Assembly: GCA_015233135.1 (NCBI GenBank)
Contig: JADFYH010000011.1
Span: 15,955-79,954, forward strand
Direction: 5' to 3'
DNA: 64,000 bases
Source: Deltaproteobacteria bacterium
Lineage (GTDB): Bacteria; UBA10199; JADFYH01
Below the pieces are notes generated by a model. The model was not told where the DNA came from. It did no database searches and saw only the letters and a program-made list of their open reading frames with translations. Position numbers and translations under genes: made by a program. Of the stretch, positions 18,867-30,238 are shown piece after piece. The first letter of the stretch is position 1, and each line of letters begins with the position of its first letter.

Positions 18867-19405
18867 AGAAAAGGTTCGCTTCCCTGAACAGAGAAAATAT
18901 TCAGAATATTTTTCTAAAGTTGGATGCTTATTTTTTGAAAAAGAAGAAAAAAATTCAAGTAACTACTTTGGGTGGAGTAGCCATTTTAATGTTGGGTTTT
19001 ATCGAAAGATCCACCTACGATATCGATGTTGCGGTCACAAAAGATACCGAAGTGTTTTTGAATGCTTGTGAAGAGCTTGAAGTCGAGGCCCAAGCGGTAT
19101 CAATTGCAATGACTGTCGATTTTAATGACGCGAAAAAACAGAAAATTTTTAAAGGTAAAGCCCTTACTATTTTTTCGGTTTTGCCAAAAGATTTGATAAA
19201 ACTGAAATTGGAACGATTTAGAAAACAGGATCCCGAAGATATTTATGCGATCATAAAAAAGACAAGGCTTTCCTTCGAAGAATTCAGCCAACTTGTGAAA
19301 GAAGGTGTTTCCTATTTTGTGGGAAGACCCCAAGAATATTTGTTGAATGCCAGTGTTGTAGTGGAACAAATGTGGCCGGATTGTTTGAAAAAGTTTTTGA
19401 AATGA
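18863..19405 (+). CDS. minimal nucleotidyltransferase-fold protein (AbiEii-like), paralogue of 2852..3328
   Basis: [24 protein letters not shown] (GG-x12-DhD) and [25 protein letters not shown]. Start moved to MKKRFASL. Its stop overlaps the recQ start (ATGA). Confidence 0.55.
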   Translation: MKKRFASLNRENIQNIFLKLDAYFLKKKKKIQVTTLGGVAILMLGFIERSTYDIDVAVTKDTEVFLNACEELEVEAQAVSIAMTVDFNDAKKQKIFKGKALTIFSVLPKDLIKLKLERFRKQDPEDIYAIIKKTRLSFEEFSQLVKEGVSYFVGRPQEYLLNASVVVEQMWPDCLKKFLK

Positions 19406-21222
19406 AAACTCCTCAGCAAATTTTACAACACGTTTTTGGCTATCCCGAATTCCGCGGGGAACAAGAGGCCGTTATCCAGCAACTTCTTGACGGCAAAGAT
19501 GCATTGGTCCTCATGCCTACGGGGGGTGGAAAATCTCTTTGTTATCAAATCCCTGCTTTGGCACGAGTCGGTGTTGGTGTGATTATTTCTCCGCTGATTG
19601 CCTTGATGAAAAATCAAGTTGATCGACTTTTGCAAATGGGTGTGAAGGCCGCTTTTTTAAATTCCTCTTTGTCTTTCGAAGACTTTCAAAATACTAAACA
19701 GCAACTCTTAAAGGGCGAACTCGATTTAATTTATGTGGCCCCTGAGCGATTGGTGACAGAAGATTTTTTAGATTTACTCTCTCAAATTCCAATTTCTCTG
19801 TTCGCCATCGATGAAGCGCATTGTGTGTCCCAATGGGGGCACGACTTCCGGCGGGAATATCTTCAGCTCTCTGTGCTGCACGAACGTTTTCCAAAAGTAC
19901 CGCGCATTGCCCTCACGGCCACTGCGGATTTGCCGACACGAAAAGAAATTATCAAAAATCTTCAACTTGAATCCGCAAAAGTTTTTTTAAGCTCTTTCAA
20001 TAGGCCCAATATTCATTATCAGATCGTCCTCAAAGAAAATACCAAAGCGCAGTTACTAGAATTTATCCGTACTCAAGAATCGGGCGTTTGTGGAATCGTT
20101 TATTGTCTTTCGAGAAAGAAAACCGAAGAAACTGCTGAATGGTTGCGAGGTGAAGGGTTAAAGGCTTTAGCCTACCACGCCGGCCTTTCCCAGAAAGTGC
20201 GAGAAAAAAATCAGGAAATCTTTTTGAATGAAGAAGGCGTGATCATTGTTGCAACTATTGCCTTTGGGATGGGCATCGACAAGCCCGATGTGCGTTTTGT
20301 GGCCCATTTAGATTTGCCCAAAAGTCTGGAATCTTATTTCCAAGAAACAGGACGGGCAGGACGGGACGGGCAGCCCGCCAAGGCTTGGTTAGCCTATGGT
20401 TTAGGAGATGTGGTGAGCATTCGGCAAATGGTGGAAAAATCGGGAGCCAATGAACAGCGCAAGAGTTTAGAGATGCAGAAGTTAAATCAGCTTTTGGGAT
20501 TTTGTGAAAGCACCCGTTGTCGCCGCCAAGTGATCTTGAGTTATTTTGGGGAAGATTTTTCAGATTCTTGCGGCAATTGTGACAACTGCCAAAATCCTCC
20601 CGAAACTTGGGATGCAACGGTGGCAGCTCAGAAGGCTCTGTCCTGTGTGTATCGTACTGAAGAGCGTTTCGGTGTTGTTTATTTGATGGATGTGCTGAGG
20701 GGTAAGGAAACAGAACAGATGAAGCGCTTTGGACATCAACGCCTCAGTGTTTTTGGAATAGGAAAAGATTTAGATAAGAAACAGTGGAGTTCGGTGTTCC
20801 GCCAGCTTGCCGCTGCAGGCTATGTAATGGCCGATGTGGAAGCTTATGGGGCAATCAAGCTTTGTCCAGAGGCACGATCCGTATTAAAGGGCGAAGTTCA
20901 ATTGAGCTTTAGAAAAGATCGCAGTCAAAGAGTTCGAAAAACAGCTGCTGAACGCTCCATTATTCGAAATAAATTACAGCAAGAAAATATGGATGCCAAT
21001 TTGTGGTCTGCCCTCCGCGAGTGTCGCTTAAGCCTCGCTCAAAAACAAGCTCTGCCGCCTTTCATGATTTTTCACGATACTACTCTTAAAGAAATGGCTT
21101 TGCGTAAACCCAAGTCGATGGATGGGCTTCTGGGTGTCAGTGGAGTGGGAGTGTACAAGTTAAAAAAATATGGGGAGGCTTTTTTGAAAGTGATTCGAAA
21201 ATTTTCTTCTCTAGAGCTTTGA
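19402..21222 (+). CDS. recQ: ATP-dependent DNA helicase RecQ
   Basis: [14 protein letters not shown], Walker A PTGGGKS, DEAH box, RQC zinc-binding Cys cluster (CGNCDNC), C-terminal HRDC region. Confidence 0.9.
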   Translation: MKTPQQILQHVFGYPEFRGEQEAVIQQLLDGKDALVLMPTGGGKSLCYQIPALARVGVGVIISPLIALMKNQVDRLLQMGVKAAFLNSSLSFEDFQNTKQQLLKGELDLIYVAPERLVTEDFLDLLSQIPISLFAIDEAHCVSQWGHDFRREYLQLSVLHERFPKVPRIALTATADLPTRKEIIKNLQLESAKVFLSSFNRPNIHYQIVLKENTKAQLLEFIRTQESGVCGIVYCLSRKKTEETAEWLRGEGLKALAYHAGLSQKVREKNQEIFLNEEGVIIVATIAFGMGIDKPDVRFVAHLDLPKSLESYFQETGRAGRDGQPAKAWLAYGLGDVVSIRQMVEKSGANEQRKSLEMQKLNQLLGFCESTRCRRQVILSYFGEDFSDSCGNCDNCQNPPETWDATVAAQKALSCVYRTEERFGVVYLMDVLRGKETEQMKRFGHQRLSVFGIGKDLDKKQWSSVFRQLAAAGYVMADVEAYGAIKLCPEARSVLKGEVQLSFRKDRSQRVRKTAAERSIIRNKLQQENMDANLWSALRECRLSLAQKQALPPFMIFHDTTLKEMALRKPKSMDGLLGVSGVGVYKLKKYGEAFLKVIRKFSSLEL

Positions 21223-22590
21223 AACAATTCTTGAGATTTCTTGTGCAAAATAAAGAGGAAATGAAATTAGATTAAAACTGACGCTTAATCCCGAATGAGC
21301 GGGACCCGTGAGGTGATGTTCGACTGCTTGCTGGGAGGGAAGATTAAGATCTAAGCGTAACGCGGATTTGATATTTTTAGCTAAAATAAGATGTTGGAGA
21401 GATCTCAAAGATCCGCTTTTTCCTGCTTTGACTTCAATGGGAATTATTTTCTTTCCTTTAGAAATCACAAAATCGACCTCTGCATTTTGAGTTTTACTTT
21501 CACGAAGCCAATAATTTATTTGAGGCTTTTCAGTTCCATCCTGACGGTAGGCTAAGTGTTGAGCAACAAATTGTTCTGCCAAAACTCCTTCATTAATGAG
21601 TTCTCTTTCACCAAGCTGAGCGATGTCTGACCATTCAAGTCCACAAAGATAATTAAAAAGACCCACATCTAAAAAATAGACCTTATAAACCTGATCATCC
21701 TGAGTGGATTTTAAAGGAATTCCAGAACAATCCGTATGGTAAACGGGAAGAAGTAAGCGTGCTTTTATTAAAATATCAACGGCCGAACGAATTTCGTTTG
21801 CTCGATCGTCTCGAGAAATTTGGGTAAACTTCATTTTTTTCCCAATAATTCTGGGACAGGCATCGAGAGTTTTTTGAACCATGTTTCGTGTGCGATCCGC
21901 TGGGCTATATTTTGGAAAATCATCCTGGTAGGTTTGAATGATGGTGCGGTGAATTTTTCGAGCTTCTAAAAGGCTTTTTGTTTGCGAATAGGCTAAAATA
22001 CTCTCGGGCATTCCCCCAATAAATAGAAATTGTCTCTGTCTTTCTAATAAGCGTTCATGCGCAATGCTGGCAAAGGGCTGACCCAGTTGATAGTTTTGAA
22101 TGATATTGGACAAATCATTTTCGTTCATAGCCCAAAGGAATTCAATGAATGTCATGGGTCCGAGGTGGAGATATTCAATTCTTCCCACAGGCATTGAAAA
22201 ATTGTGAGAGGCCAACACAAATTCTAAAAGTGATCCGGCCGATACAATGGGAATATCAGGAAAATCTTCATGCAGATAACGCAAGGCAGCTAAGGCGTAG
22301 GGGGTGGCCTGAATTTCATCCAAAAAGAGTAGCGTTTTTTCAGTGTGAAGATTTTGTCCTGTCAGTGCTTCAAGTTCAAAAAAAATTTTTTGAGGAGCGT
22401 TCGTTTTGAAAATATCGTTAAGTCGGGGATGTCTTTCCAGATTAATTTCTATTAGTTGCAGCTGCTGTTGTCGGGCAAAGTTTCTAATAAGTGTAGATTT
22501 TCCAACTTGTCGAGCCCCCCGTAAAATGAGCGGTTTTCGCCTAGGATTTCGAAACCATTCTGAAAGACCATTTTCTAAAATTCTACGCAT
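21211..22590 (-). CDS. AAA+ ATPase, COG1373/DUF4143 family
   Basis: Walker [11 protein letters not shown], Walker [10 protein letters not shown]-terminal DUF4143-like region. Paralogue of 27760..29088. Confidence 0.8.
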   Translation of the reverse strand: MRRILENGLSEWFRNPRRKPLILRGARQVGKSTLIRNFARQQQLQLIEINLERHPRLNDIFKTNAPQKIFFELEALTGQNLHTEKTLLFLDEIQATPYALAALRYLHEDFPDIPIVSAGSLLEFVLASHNFSMPVGRIEYLHLGPMTFIEFLWAMNENDLSNIIQNYQLGQPFASIAHERLLERQRQFLFIGGMPESILAYSQTKSLLEARKIHRTIIQTYQDDFPKYSPADRTRNMVQKTLDACPRIIGKKMKFTQISRDDRANEIRSAVDILIKARLLLPVYHTDCSGIPLKSTQDDQVYKVYFLDVGLFNYLCGLEWSDIAQLGERELINEGVLAEQFVAQHLAYRQDGTEKPQINYWLRESKTQNAEVDFVISKGKKIIPIEVKAGKSGSLRSLQHLILAKNIKSALRLDLNLPSQQAVEHHLTGPAHSGLSVSFNLISFPLYFAQEISRIVSKL

Positions 22591-22707
22591 TCGATTAAAA
22601 TAACCTTACTTTTGACATAAATAAAGATAATAATAAGGTTATTTTAATTTTTATAGGGCAAAAAAATAAATTGAATAGAAACGAAGAAAAGTCAATATTC
22701 ATGGCTT

Positions 22708-24087
22708 ATGAAAAATCCCATTCAATACCTTGAAGAAAATTTTGACAAATTTGTTCAAGAACTTTGTGAATACTCCAGAATCCCCAGCATCAGTTTTGAA
22801 CACTATCCTCCCTACACACTAGATCAATCGGCCGAATGGACGATCCGGAGATTGAAATCGATTGGTTTGGAAAATGTGCAGATTTTTAAAATTCCTGGTG
22901 CACATCCCTACGTGTACGCCGATTGGCTGCATGCGCCGGGGAGGCCTACCTTGTTGCTTTACGGGCATCACGATGTGCAGCCTCCCGGTCGCCCCGAGTT
23001 GTGGAGTAGTCCCGCTTTTGAACCTACGCTTAAAGAAGATGGAAGATTATACGGGCGCGGTGTAGCCGACGATAAAGCCGGAGTGATGTTGCACATTGCC
23101 GCTCTGGAGGCTTATTTGAAAACCCAAGGCACGCTTCCCCTGAATATCCGTTTTATTGTGGAGGGAGAAGAAGAGACAGGAAGTACACATCTCAAGACTT
23201 TTCTGAACGAATATAAAAAACAGCTGGAATGCGATATTTTGGTACTCACCGATACTGCCAATATCGAGGAAGGGCTTCCTTCCATCACCTATAGTCTCAG
23301 AGGGATTGTGGATTGTACAGTAGAAGTACGTACCCTGAAACATCCATTGCATAGCGGTTTGTGGGGAGGCCCTGCAGTGGATGCCTTGACCGTGCTTTCA
23401 AAAATATTAGCTCGTCTGGTGGATGACGAGGGCGAGATTGCCATCCCTGGTTTTTATGACGATGTTCCTCCTCTCTCCGAGAAGGAACAAATGGCCTTAA
23501 AAGAGATTCCTTTCGATGAACAAAAATTTAGACAAGACATGGCTCCGGTCGATTCACTAGAATTTGGCGGGGAAAAAGATTTTTCATTGTTGGAGAGGAT
23601 GTGGATCCGGCCTTCACTCGCTATTTTGGGGATAGATTCTCAGGACGTTGACAGTTCGAGCAACAAGATCGTGGAATCTACCCGGGCGAAAATTTCCATT
23701 CGGGTGGTGGCGGGCCAAGATCCTGAGCGAGTCCTTTCTTTGTTAAGCAATTTTTTGACGACCAATGTCCCTTTTGGGGCTTCCGTAATGGTCTCTCCGG
23801 GTGTTGCCAACCCAGGCTGGAAAATGGATCCTCGGGGCAAGGCCTTTGAAGCGGCGGCCCGTGCTTTGGAAAAAGGTTTTGCTTGCAAGACCGCTGTCAT
23901 TGGCTGCGGGGCTTCCATTCCTTTTGTAAAGCCTATTAGCGAGGTGTTTGGAAATATTCCGGCTCTGTTGATTGGCATTGAAGATCCAAAAACCAATGCC
24001 CATGGTGAAAACGAAAGCCTGTCCTTAAGTGATTTTAAAAAGGGAATGAAGGCGGCGGTGTATTTGTATGAGGAGTTGGCTTTATAG
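22708..24087 (+). CDS. M20-family dipeptidase/metallohydrolase
   Basis: Metal ligands in YGHHDVQP, GRGVADDKAG, and EGEEETGS. Confidence 0.85.
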   Translation: MKNPIQYLEENFDKFVQELCEYSRIPSISFEHYPPYTLDQSAEWTIRRLKSIGLENVQIFKIPGAHPYVYADWLHAPGRPTLLLYGHHDVQPPGRPELWSSPAFEPTLKEDGRLYGRGVADDKAGVMLHIAALEAYLKTQGTLPLNIRFIVEGEEETGSTHLKTFLNEYKKQLECDILVLTDTANIEEGLPSITYSLRGIVDCTVEVRTLKHPLHSGLWGGPAVDALTVLSKILARLVDDEGEIAIPGFYDDVPPLSEKEQMALKEIPFDEQKFRQDMAPVDSLEFGGEKDFSLLERMWIRPSLAILGIDSQDVDSSSNKIVESTRAKISIRVVAGQDPERVLSLLSNFLTTNVPFGASVMVSPGVANPGWKMDPRGKAFEAAARALEKGFACKTAVIGCGASIPFVKPISEVFGNIPALLIGIEDPKTNAHGENESLSLSDFKKGMKAAVYLYEELAL

Positions 24088-26548
24088 GTATTTCTCCTCT
24101 CCCCAAAAAAATTCTTTCTATCTCATTCATCAAATCATTTTGTACCCCCGCTTTATCTGCAACATGATTGACCACCAGTTTGAGTTGCATTTCGATGCTC
24201 AATTCTCCCATGTTTTTAATTTCAATACTGGGAGAGGGATGCGTTGCCACCTTCTTGTGGTTTTTGACACAATCGAGAATGAGTTTCCGAATTTCTTCAG
24301 TATTCTTGCCATAAGGAAGTCGAAAGGGAATGCTGATTGCCAGCAGCGTATTGGTATAAGTGAGATTTATTACTTTAGAGGAAATCAATTCACCATTGGG
24401 GATGAGCACGTGCGCATGGTCCCCTGTTTCCATTAAGGTAGCGCGGGCCCCTATTCTCCGGATATGACCTGTCAAATCGCCCAATTGAATAATGTCTCCC
24501 ACTTTTACCGGACGTTCCAGAAGCAAGACAATTCCACTGGCGAAGTTGTTGGCCAGATTTTGCAAGCCCAGGCCGATGCCTACTCCAAAGGCCCCCGCGA
24601 CGACCGTGATATTGCGGACATCAAAACCCAGAAACTTTAAGGCAAATATTATTCCCGCTAGCGTAATGATGTAATGGGCCCCGGTGCTTAAAGCACTTTG
24701 TATTCCTTGATCCCAAGGTTTTTTGGGATAGAGATTTTGTTCCAGGATTCCCCGGATAATTTTGGAAAGAAGGGTGGAGAGATAAAAAACAAGAAAAACA
24801 GAAAGCATTAAGCCCACGCTGAGACGGAGTTCATTAAGCCCGAACCCTAAGGCCAGGAAGGCATTCAAGCCTCCCAGTAATTCTTTTTGCAAATGCCAAA
24901 AGGAAGAAAAAAAATAGAGAAATGCACTCCAAAGAAAGAGTTGATTCCATACTTGGAAGGTATTTTTCCATTCCTTCGGATTTTTTGAAATTTTACTGAA
25001 CACTTTGGTTTGAAATAATTTCTTGTCGATGAATTCATCCAGACTTTTCTTTAAAATAAGGGTGGCACTCAAGAGGCCCAAAGATCTTAAAGAAGCATTC
25101 GCCAAATAATTTGAAAACGAAATATAGCCAAAGCTATCTGCCACCAAAATGAAGACAAATAAGGCGAGTATGAATCGCCTGAAAAATTTTGCTAAAAATT
25201 GCAGGGAAGGGTTTTGAGGAAAAAGAGCCTGGGTCCACTCCTCTCTTGCGAAGGAATAGAAATGAATAAAGAGAGTGATTTCGAAAAATGCTTTTAAAAC
25301 TCGAACCAGTTCCGAATCGAATTCAAATGCCTGGGGAAGGTTTTTAAAAAAGATGAAAAAATATAAACAGATTAAAATGCCCAGGATGTGATTCTTGATT
25401 TTTTTTGTGGTGACCCCGTTTAGCGGTTGAGAAAAATTTGAAGTAGAAAAAAAAAGAAAGTCTTTTACGGTATAAAAAATAAGAAAAAAGCAATAAGCTC
25501 CCAAGACCGACCAGAGTAGAAAAAATCGTTTTTGGTCTGAAATATTTTCCAGTCCCAAGATGAAAATACTATATAAAATGGCAACAAAATTGAAAATAAA
25601 ATGAGAAAACGAAGAGGTTCCCAGGTAATAAAAAAAAGCTTCCAGCCTGGTTTCGTTTGTCCGAAAATATTTTTTTGAAACAAACTTCTGAATTTGAAAA
25701 AGTGCAAAACTTATAAGTGCACTGAGGGGAATGAATAAAAGATAGAAAGGGAATCGTTCTTTCCATTGATCAAAATTGTCTAAAAAACTTTCTTTTAGTG
25801 ATTCGAGATGATCTTTCTTTTCCAGAAGCAGAAAAAGAATTTCGTGATGAATGAGGGTGAAGGTATCTTTTGTAATGAGAGGACGTCCCCGGTAGGTCAA
25901 TCTTGAAAAACGGGTGTCTTCCCAGCGTGCATTCACCTGATTAAAATATTGTTTACACTGAGTTAAAGCATTTTGCAGTTCTGTTAAATTTTTTGAAATG
26001 AGCCGAAGATTATTGTCTAATTCATTTTCAAGTTGAGTGTAGCTTTTGATCTTCTGTTGAAGATTATTCAATTCGCTTTTCAAGTTTGAATTTTGAGGAG
26101 TGTTTTGAAATTGAGATTTGATATCCACCAATTTCAACTTATAGAGTCGTAAATTACTATCAATGCGAAGTTGTTGCTGCTCCAACTGTTCCATTTGAGC
26201 TTGAGTGTCTTCCAACACCGCCTTGTAGGAACTCAGCAAGGTCTCCCATTTTTTGAGGAAAGGCTTAAATTCTTGAGGGGCAACTTGAGAGATCTCTAAA
26301 AAATATTTTGTTTTTTCAATTTCCTGATTGGTCTCCACTGCCCCTTCTTTGAGGCGTTCTTCCAATACAACCTGGTCTTCGTAGAGCGATTTTAATTTGT
26401 TTAATTCTGTGTCTATAGGGTTTTCAGGCAGGTTTTTAGTGGGAGTGGCGGGAAGGCTTTGGGCTTGGAGTTGCTGAACATGAGAGAATGAGGAGAAAAC
26501 GAAACAGCAAGACAGAAAAAAAAGGATGAATTTTTTATTTTTTTTCAT
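24035..26548 (-). CDS. mechanosensitive channel, MscK/KefA-like (MscS family) with periplasmic coiled-coil N-domain
   Basis: Signal peptide, long coiled-coil region, about 10 TM helices, then MscS domain (GIVLLLERPVKVGDIIQLGDLTGHI). Its 3' end overlaps the convergent peptidase gene by 53 nt. Confidence 0.8.
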   Translation of the reverse strand: MKKNKKFILFFLSCCFVFSSFSHVQQLQAQSLPATPTKNLPENPIDTELNKLKSLYEDQVVLEERLKEGAVETNQEIEKTKYFLEISQVAPQEFKPFLKKWETLLSSYKAVLEDTQAQMEQLEQQQLRIDSNLRLYKLKLVDIKSQFQNTPQNSNLKSELNNLQQKIKSYTQLENELDNNLRLISKNLTELQNALTQCKQYFNQVNARWEDTRFSRLTYRGRPLITKDTFTLIHHEILFLLLEKKDHLESLKESFLDNFDQWKERFPFYLLFIPLSALISFALFQIQKFVSKKYFRTNETRLEAFFYYLGTSSFSHFIFNFVAILYSIFILGLENISDQKRFFLLWSVLGAYCFFLIFYTVKDFLFFSTSNFSQPLNGVTTKKIKNHILGILICLYFFIFFKNLPQAFEFDSELVRVLKAFFEITLFIHFYSFAREEWTQALFPQNPSLQFLAKFFRRFILALFVFILVADSFGYISFSNYLANASLRSLGLLSATLILKKSLDEFIDKKLFQTKVFSKISKNPKEWKNTFQVWNQLFLWSAFLYFFSSFWHLQKELLGGLNAFLALGFGLNELRLSVGLMLSVFLVFYLSTLLSKIIRGILEQNLYPKKPWDQGIQSALSTGAHYIITLAGIIFALKFLGFDVRNITVVAGAFGVGIGLGLQNLANNFASGIVLLLERPVKVGDIIQLGDLTGHIRRIGARATLMETGDHAHVLIPNGELISSKVINLTYTNTLLAISIPFRLPYGKNTEEIRKLILDCVKNHKKVATHPSPSIEIKNMGELSIEMQLKLVVNHVADKAGVQNDLMNEIERIFLGRGEIPIKPTPHTNTPPPSFPF

Positions 26549-26575
26549 AAGGATAAGGTATTAATCGAGGGGCCT

Positions 26576-27205
26576 ATGTTTTTCAAAACTATTTTTTTTC
26601 TTTTTCTGACATTTTTTTCACCGTTCTCTCTTCTCTACAGCGCTGAGCTTAAAGGTTTTGTCCGTTCCGTCAACTATGAAGGGCATAGTTTTTCGGTGGA
26701 TGTGCCCCCGCTTCAACGAGTGAAAATGAATGCCTCCACTCAATTTGAAGGGGAAACCGGGCAAGAAGCCTTTAAAAAACACCTACAGGAAGGCGATTAT
26801 GTGCGGGTGGAGGGAAGTCAAGGCTCAAACGGTTTGTGGCTGGCCACAAAAGTAGAGGTGCAAAAAAATAAGAGTGAAAGCAAAACAAACGAAATTCAGG
26901 TGAAATTCAATCAAAGTTTTCTTTTGGAAGTGCTGCAAACCGCTCAAGTGGAAGATTCAAACTTGGAACTTTATTTTTCACAATTGGTGGATGAGTTGTG
27001 TGACACAGGGATGGACTGTGTCGATAAAGGAAAGTTGACCCTTAAAATAATTGTAAAGCGCGGAAGTGAAGCCAAAACCATTGAACTGGTGACGGAAGGA
27101 AGTCGAAAACCCATCAAGCCCGTGTCTGTAGAAGCCCTGGGGTTCAGAGTAGAACTCATCGAGGTGGGAGAATATGCAGCGATGTTAGTGGTGAGGAAGA
27201 GTTAA
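26576..27205 (+). CDS. secreted hypothetical protein
   Basis: Signal-peptide-like N-terminus. No recognisable motif. Confidence 0.45.
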   Translation: MFFKTIFFLFLTFFSPFSLLYSAELKGFVRSVNYEGHSFSVDVPPLQRVKMNASTQFEGETGQEAFKKHLQEGDYVRVEGSQGSNGLWLATKVEVQKNKSESKTNEIQVKFNQSFLLEVLQTAQVEDSNLELYFSQLVDELCDTGMDCVDKGKLTLKIIVKRGSEAKTIELVTEGSRKPIKPVSVEALGFRVELIEVGEYAAMLVVRKS

Positions 27206-27259
27206 GCAGTTTGTATGTCATTTCGACCTGCGCGAGGGTAATAGAAATAAGGAGTTTTT

Positions 27260-27673
27260 ATGTCTTTCAAAAAAGTAGATCACATCGCCATTGCTGTTCC
27301 AAATTTAGAGGAATCCATTGCCTTATATCAAAGTCTTTTAGGAAAAACTCCCGAGCACCTTGAAGAAGTTGCCGATCAAAAAGTGCGCGCAGCCTTTTTC
27401 GGGGTGGGGGAAAGCAATTTGGAGCTTCTTTTTCCTACCTCTGCCGAAAGTCCAATCACTCATTTTCTTCAAAAAAATCCCAAAGGGGGCTTGCATCACA
27501 TTTGTTTAGAAGTCTCCAACTTGGAAGAGCATTTGGAGAAACTCAAAGCTCAAGGTATAAAACTCATCGATGAAAAACCGCGCCTTGGCGCACACAATAA
27601 GAAGATTGCCTTTGTACATCCCAAGTCAACGGGTGGGGTTCTGATTGAGTTGTCGGAATCTCAGGGACATTAG
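27260..27673 (+). CDS. mce: methylmalonyl-CoA epimerase (VOC/glyoxalase family)
   Basis: VDHIAIAV...GGLHHICLEV...AFVHPKSTGGVLIEL is the Mce pattern. Confidence 0.85.
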   Translation: MSFKKVDHIAIAVPNLEESIALYQSLLGKTPEHLEEVADQKVRAAFFGVGESNLELLFPTSAESPITHFLQKNPKGGLHHICLEVSNLEEHLEKLKAQGIKLIDEKPRLGAHNKKIAFVHPKSTGGVLIELSESQGH

Positions 27674-27759
27674 AAGAATTTATTAAAGCCTATAAATATC
27701 CAAAATATGGCTATATTAACCTTGTTAAATATCTATTATATGGATAATATTTAAGTATA

Positions 27760-29088
27760 ATGAAAAGGTTAGCCTTAAAGTTTTTGGGAAATTGGAGGAT
27801 TAGGCCTCAACGTCGCCCCCTCCTTTTGCGAGGAGCTCGGCAAGTTGGAAAGACTTGGTTAGTGAGAGCACATGCCGCTTCTTATGAAAGTTTCGTAGAA
27901 ATTAATCTGGAAAAACAAGCTCAGTTTATTCCACTTTTTCAAAAAAAATTTGGGGACCCTCAACAACTTATTCGTGAGCTTTCACTTTTAAGCGGGCAAA
28001 AAATTGAGATCGGAAAAACGCTTTTATTCATCGACGAAATTCAGGAATGTAAAGAAGCCCTTCTTTCACTGAGATATTTTAAAGAAGAACTTTCTGAACA
28101 GGCAGTGATTGCGGCAGGTTCTCTTTTGGAATTTATTTTTTCAGAATTAAGCTTCCCGGTAGGACGCATAGAATTTCTCCATCTTTTCCCACTGAACTTC
28201 GAAGAATTTTTGATGGCTTTAAATCGAGAAGATTTAGTGGAAACAATAAAACTTCAGGATGTTTCGCGAACACTTGCAGAACCTTTGCATGAATTGCTTC
28301 TGGATTATTTTACAACTTATTCTCTTTTGGGAGGCTTACCTGAAATAGTAAAATGCTATGCAGAATCGAAAGATTTGAAGCTCTGCCAAAATATTCAACA
28401 ATTGCTAATTGCGAGTTATCGAGAAGATTTTCATAAATATGCCAAGAAAACTCAGATACAAAATTTGAGACTTTTGTTTGAAAATGTTCCCAGACTTTTG
28501 GGTCAAAAATTTAAGTATAGTGAAATTGATTGTGAATTGAAATCACGTGATTTGTCTTTGGCTTTAACTCTTCTCGAGCAGGCGGGGCTTGTTTACAAAG
28601 TTTATCATTCTTCTTCGAACGGTGTGCCTCTTCATGCTCAAATTGATCCCAAAAAATTTAAAGTATTTTCTTTAGACATAGGGCTGTGCCATCGTTTACT
28701 GGGTTTAGAATTGTCTCAACTGTATTTAGAGAAGAAAAACTTATTGGCACGTCGGGGTGGAATAGCGGAGCAAATAGTGGCGCAAGAACTGATCAGTTAC
28801 ACTCCTCAAAATGAGTCCCCTCAATTGCATTACTGGCATCGCGAAACGGCGGCTTCTTCGGCCGAAATGGATTTTGTTATTGGAAAAAATGGGCAAGTGT
28901 TCCCTCTCGAAGTAAAGTCCCAACGAGCAAGAAGCTCAAAAAGTATGGGAATTTTTTTGGAAGAAAAGAAGATCTATGCAAACAAAGGCTTTATTATTTC
29001 CAAGGAAAATTTTTCATTTCATGACAAAGTGCAGAAACTGCCTTTTTATGCGCTGCTTCGAAATTTGAGAGAACAAATTTCAATTTGA
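27760..29088 (+). CDS. AAA+ ATPase, COG1373/DUF4143 family
   Basis: [11 protein letters not shown] Walker A, LLFIDEIQ Walker B. Paralogue of 21211..22590. Confidence 0.8.
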   Translation: MKRLALKFLGNWRIRPQRRPLLLRGARQVGKTWLVRAHAASYESFVEINLEKQAQFIPLFQKKFGDPQQLIRELSLLSGQKIEIGKTLLFIDEIQECKEALLSLRYFKEELSEQAVIAAGSLLEFIFSELSFPVGRIEFLHLFPLNFEEFLMALNREDLVETIKLQDVSRTLAEPLHELLLDYFTTYSLLGGLPEIVKCYAESKDLKLCQNIQQLLIASYREDFHKYAKKTQIQNLRLLFENVPRLLGQKFKYSEIDCELKSRDLSLALTLLEQAGLVYKVYHSSSNGVPLHAQIDPKKFKVFSLDIGLCHRLLGLELSQLYLEKKNLLARRGGIAEQIVAQELISYTPQNESPQLHYWHRETAASSAEMDFVIGKNGQVFPLEVKSQRARSSKSMGIFLEEKKIYANKGFIISKENFSFHDKVQKLPFYALLRNLREQISI

Positions 29089-29162
29089 CAAGCCATGTCA
29101 TTTTCAGCTTAAGCAGGAATTCCGATTTATCTCTTTAACCCCTATCCCGATGGAGTACGCCA

Positions 29163-30155
29163 ATGAGTAAAAACATTCACCCCAAAGCAGCCCTTTTTAG
29201 TGGCGAAAGACCTTTTCCTATCATCCCTGCCTGCGAGCATTTTGCGGGTTCTGAAAAACTCATCACTAAGGCCCTCGAGACCCAAAACAAAAAAGGGGGC
29301 GTGTTTGACATTACCATGGATTGCGAAGACGGAGCCCCAGAAGGGCGTGAAAAAGAGCATGCGCAAATGATTGTGGATATTCAGAAATCGGCCCTCAATC
29401 AGCATAAGATGAGCGGAGTTCGTATCCACGATTACAGCAATAAGCATTGGAAAGAAGATGTGGATGTTCTGGTGCCTGGAATTGGCAATATCGTCGCTTA
29501 CATCACCATCCCCAAGCCCACTGCGTTTAGCCAAGTGAAAGAGATGATTGGCTACATTCAAGAGACTGCGAAAAAAGCCGATATCAAAAGAGAAATTCCT
29601 ATTCATGTTCTGGTTGAAACTCATGGTGCTTTGCGAGATGCGGATGCGATTGCGGCCTTGCCCTGGATGCAGGTGTTGGATTTTGGTTTGATGGATTTTG
29701 TCTCCGGTCATCACGGGGCTATTCCCGAACAATGTATGAAATCTCCGGGGCAGTTTGAACATTATCTGGTGGCGCGCGCAAAAGCCAATGTGGTGGCGGC
29801 AGCCCTGGCAAACGGGATTGTCCCTGCGCACAACGTAACCCTAGATTTGAAAGATCAATACAAAACCTATCAAGATGCTTTCCGCGCCCGCAATGAATTT
29901 GGTTTCTTGAGAATGTGGTCGATTTACCCCACTCAAATTGATTCGATTGTGGCAGCGATGACCCCCGATTATTCTTTGGTAAAAAAGGGCTGCGACATAT
30001 TGCTGGAAGCCCATCGCAACGATTGGGGCCCCATTCAATTTGCAGGCGATCTGCACGACCGCGCCACTTACCGTTATTATTGGGAACTGGTGCAACGCGC
30101 AAAAATTTCCGGTCAGAAATTGACTGAGGAAGCGGAGAAGGTTTTTTTTAGTTAA
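29163..30155 (+). CDS. HpcH/HpaI aldolase-citrate lyase beta (CitE)/malyl-CoA lyase-like protein
   Basis: DITMDCEDGAP matches the CitE/malyl-CoA lyase metal-binding motif. About 330 aa. Confidence 0.7.
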   Translation: MSKNIHPKAALFSGERPFPIIPACEHFAGSEKLITKALETQNKKGGVFDITMDCEDGAPEGREKEHAQMIVDIQKSALNQHKMSGVRIHDYSNKHWKEDVDVLVPGIGNIVAYITIPKPTAFSQVKEMIGYIQETAKKADIKREIPIHVLVETHGALRDADAIAALPWMQVLDFGLMDFVSGHHGAIPEQCMKSPGQFEHYLVARAKANVVAAALANGIVPAHNVTLDLKDQYKTYQDAFRARNEFGFLRMWSIYPTQIDSIVAAMTPDYSLVKKGCDILLEAHRNDWGPIQFAGDLHDRATYRYYWELVQRAKISGQKLTEEAEKVFFS

Positions 30156-30238
30156 GCGCCTGTCATTGCGAACCCGAGCATTGGGTGTGGCAATCATCCC
30201 TATCGCGATGACAAAGAGTTTAAAAAATTAAGTTATTT

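Noticed and set aside
30160-30215. Hairpin between the convergent CitE-like and MFS genes as an intrinsic terminator
   Set aside because: The inverted repeat tgtcattgcga/tcgcgatgaca has a mismatch and a 30-nt loop with no clear U-tract, too weak to call.
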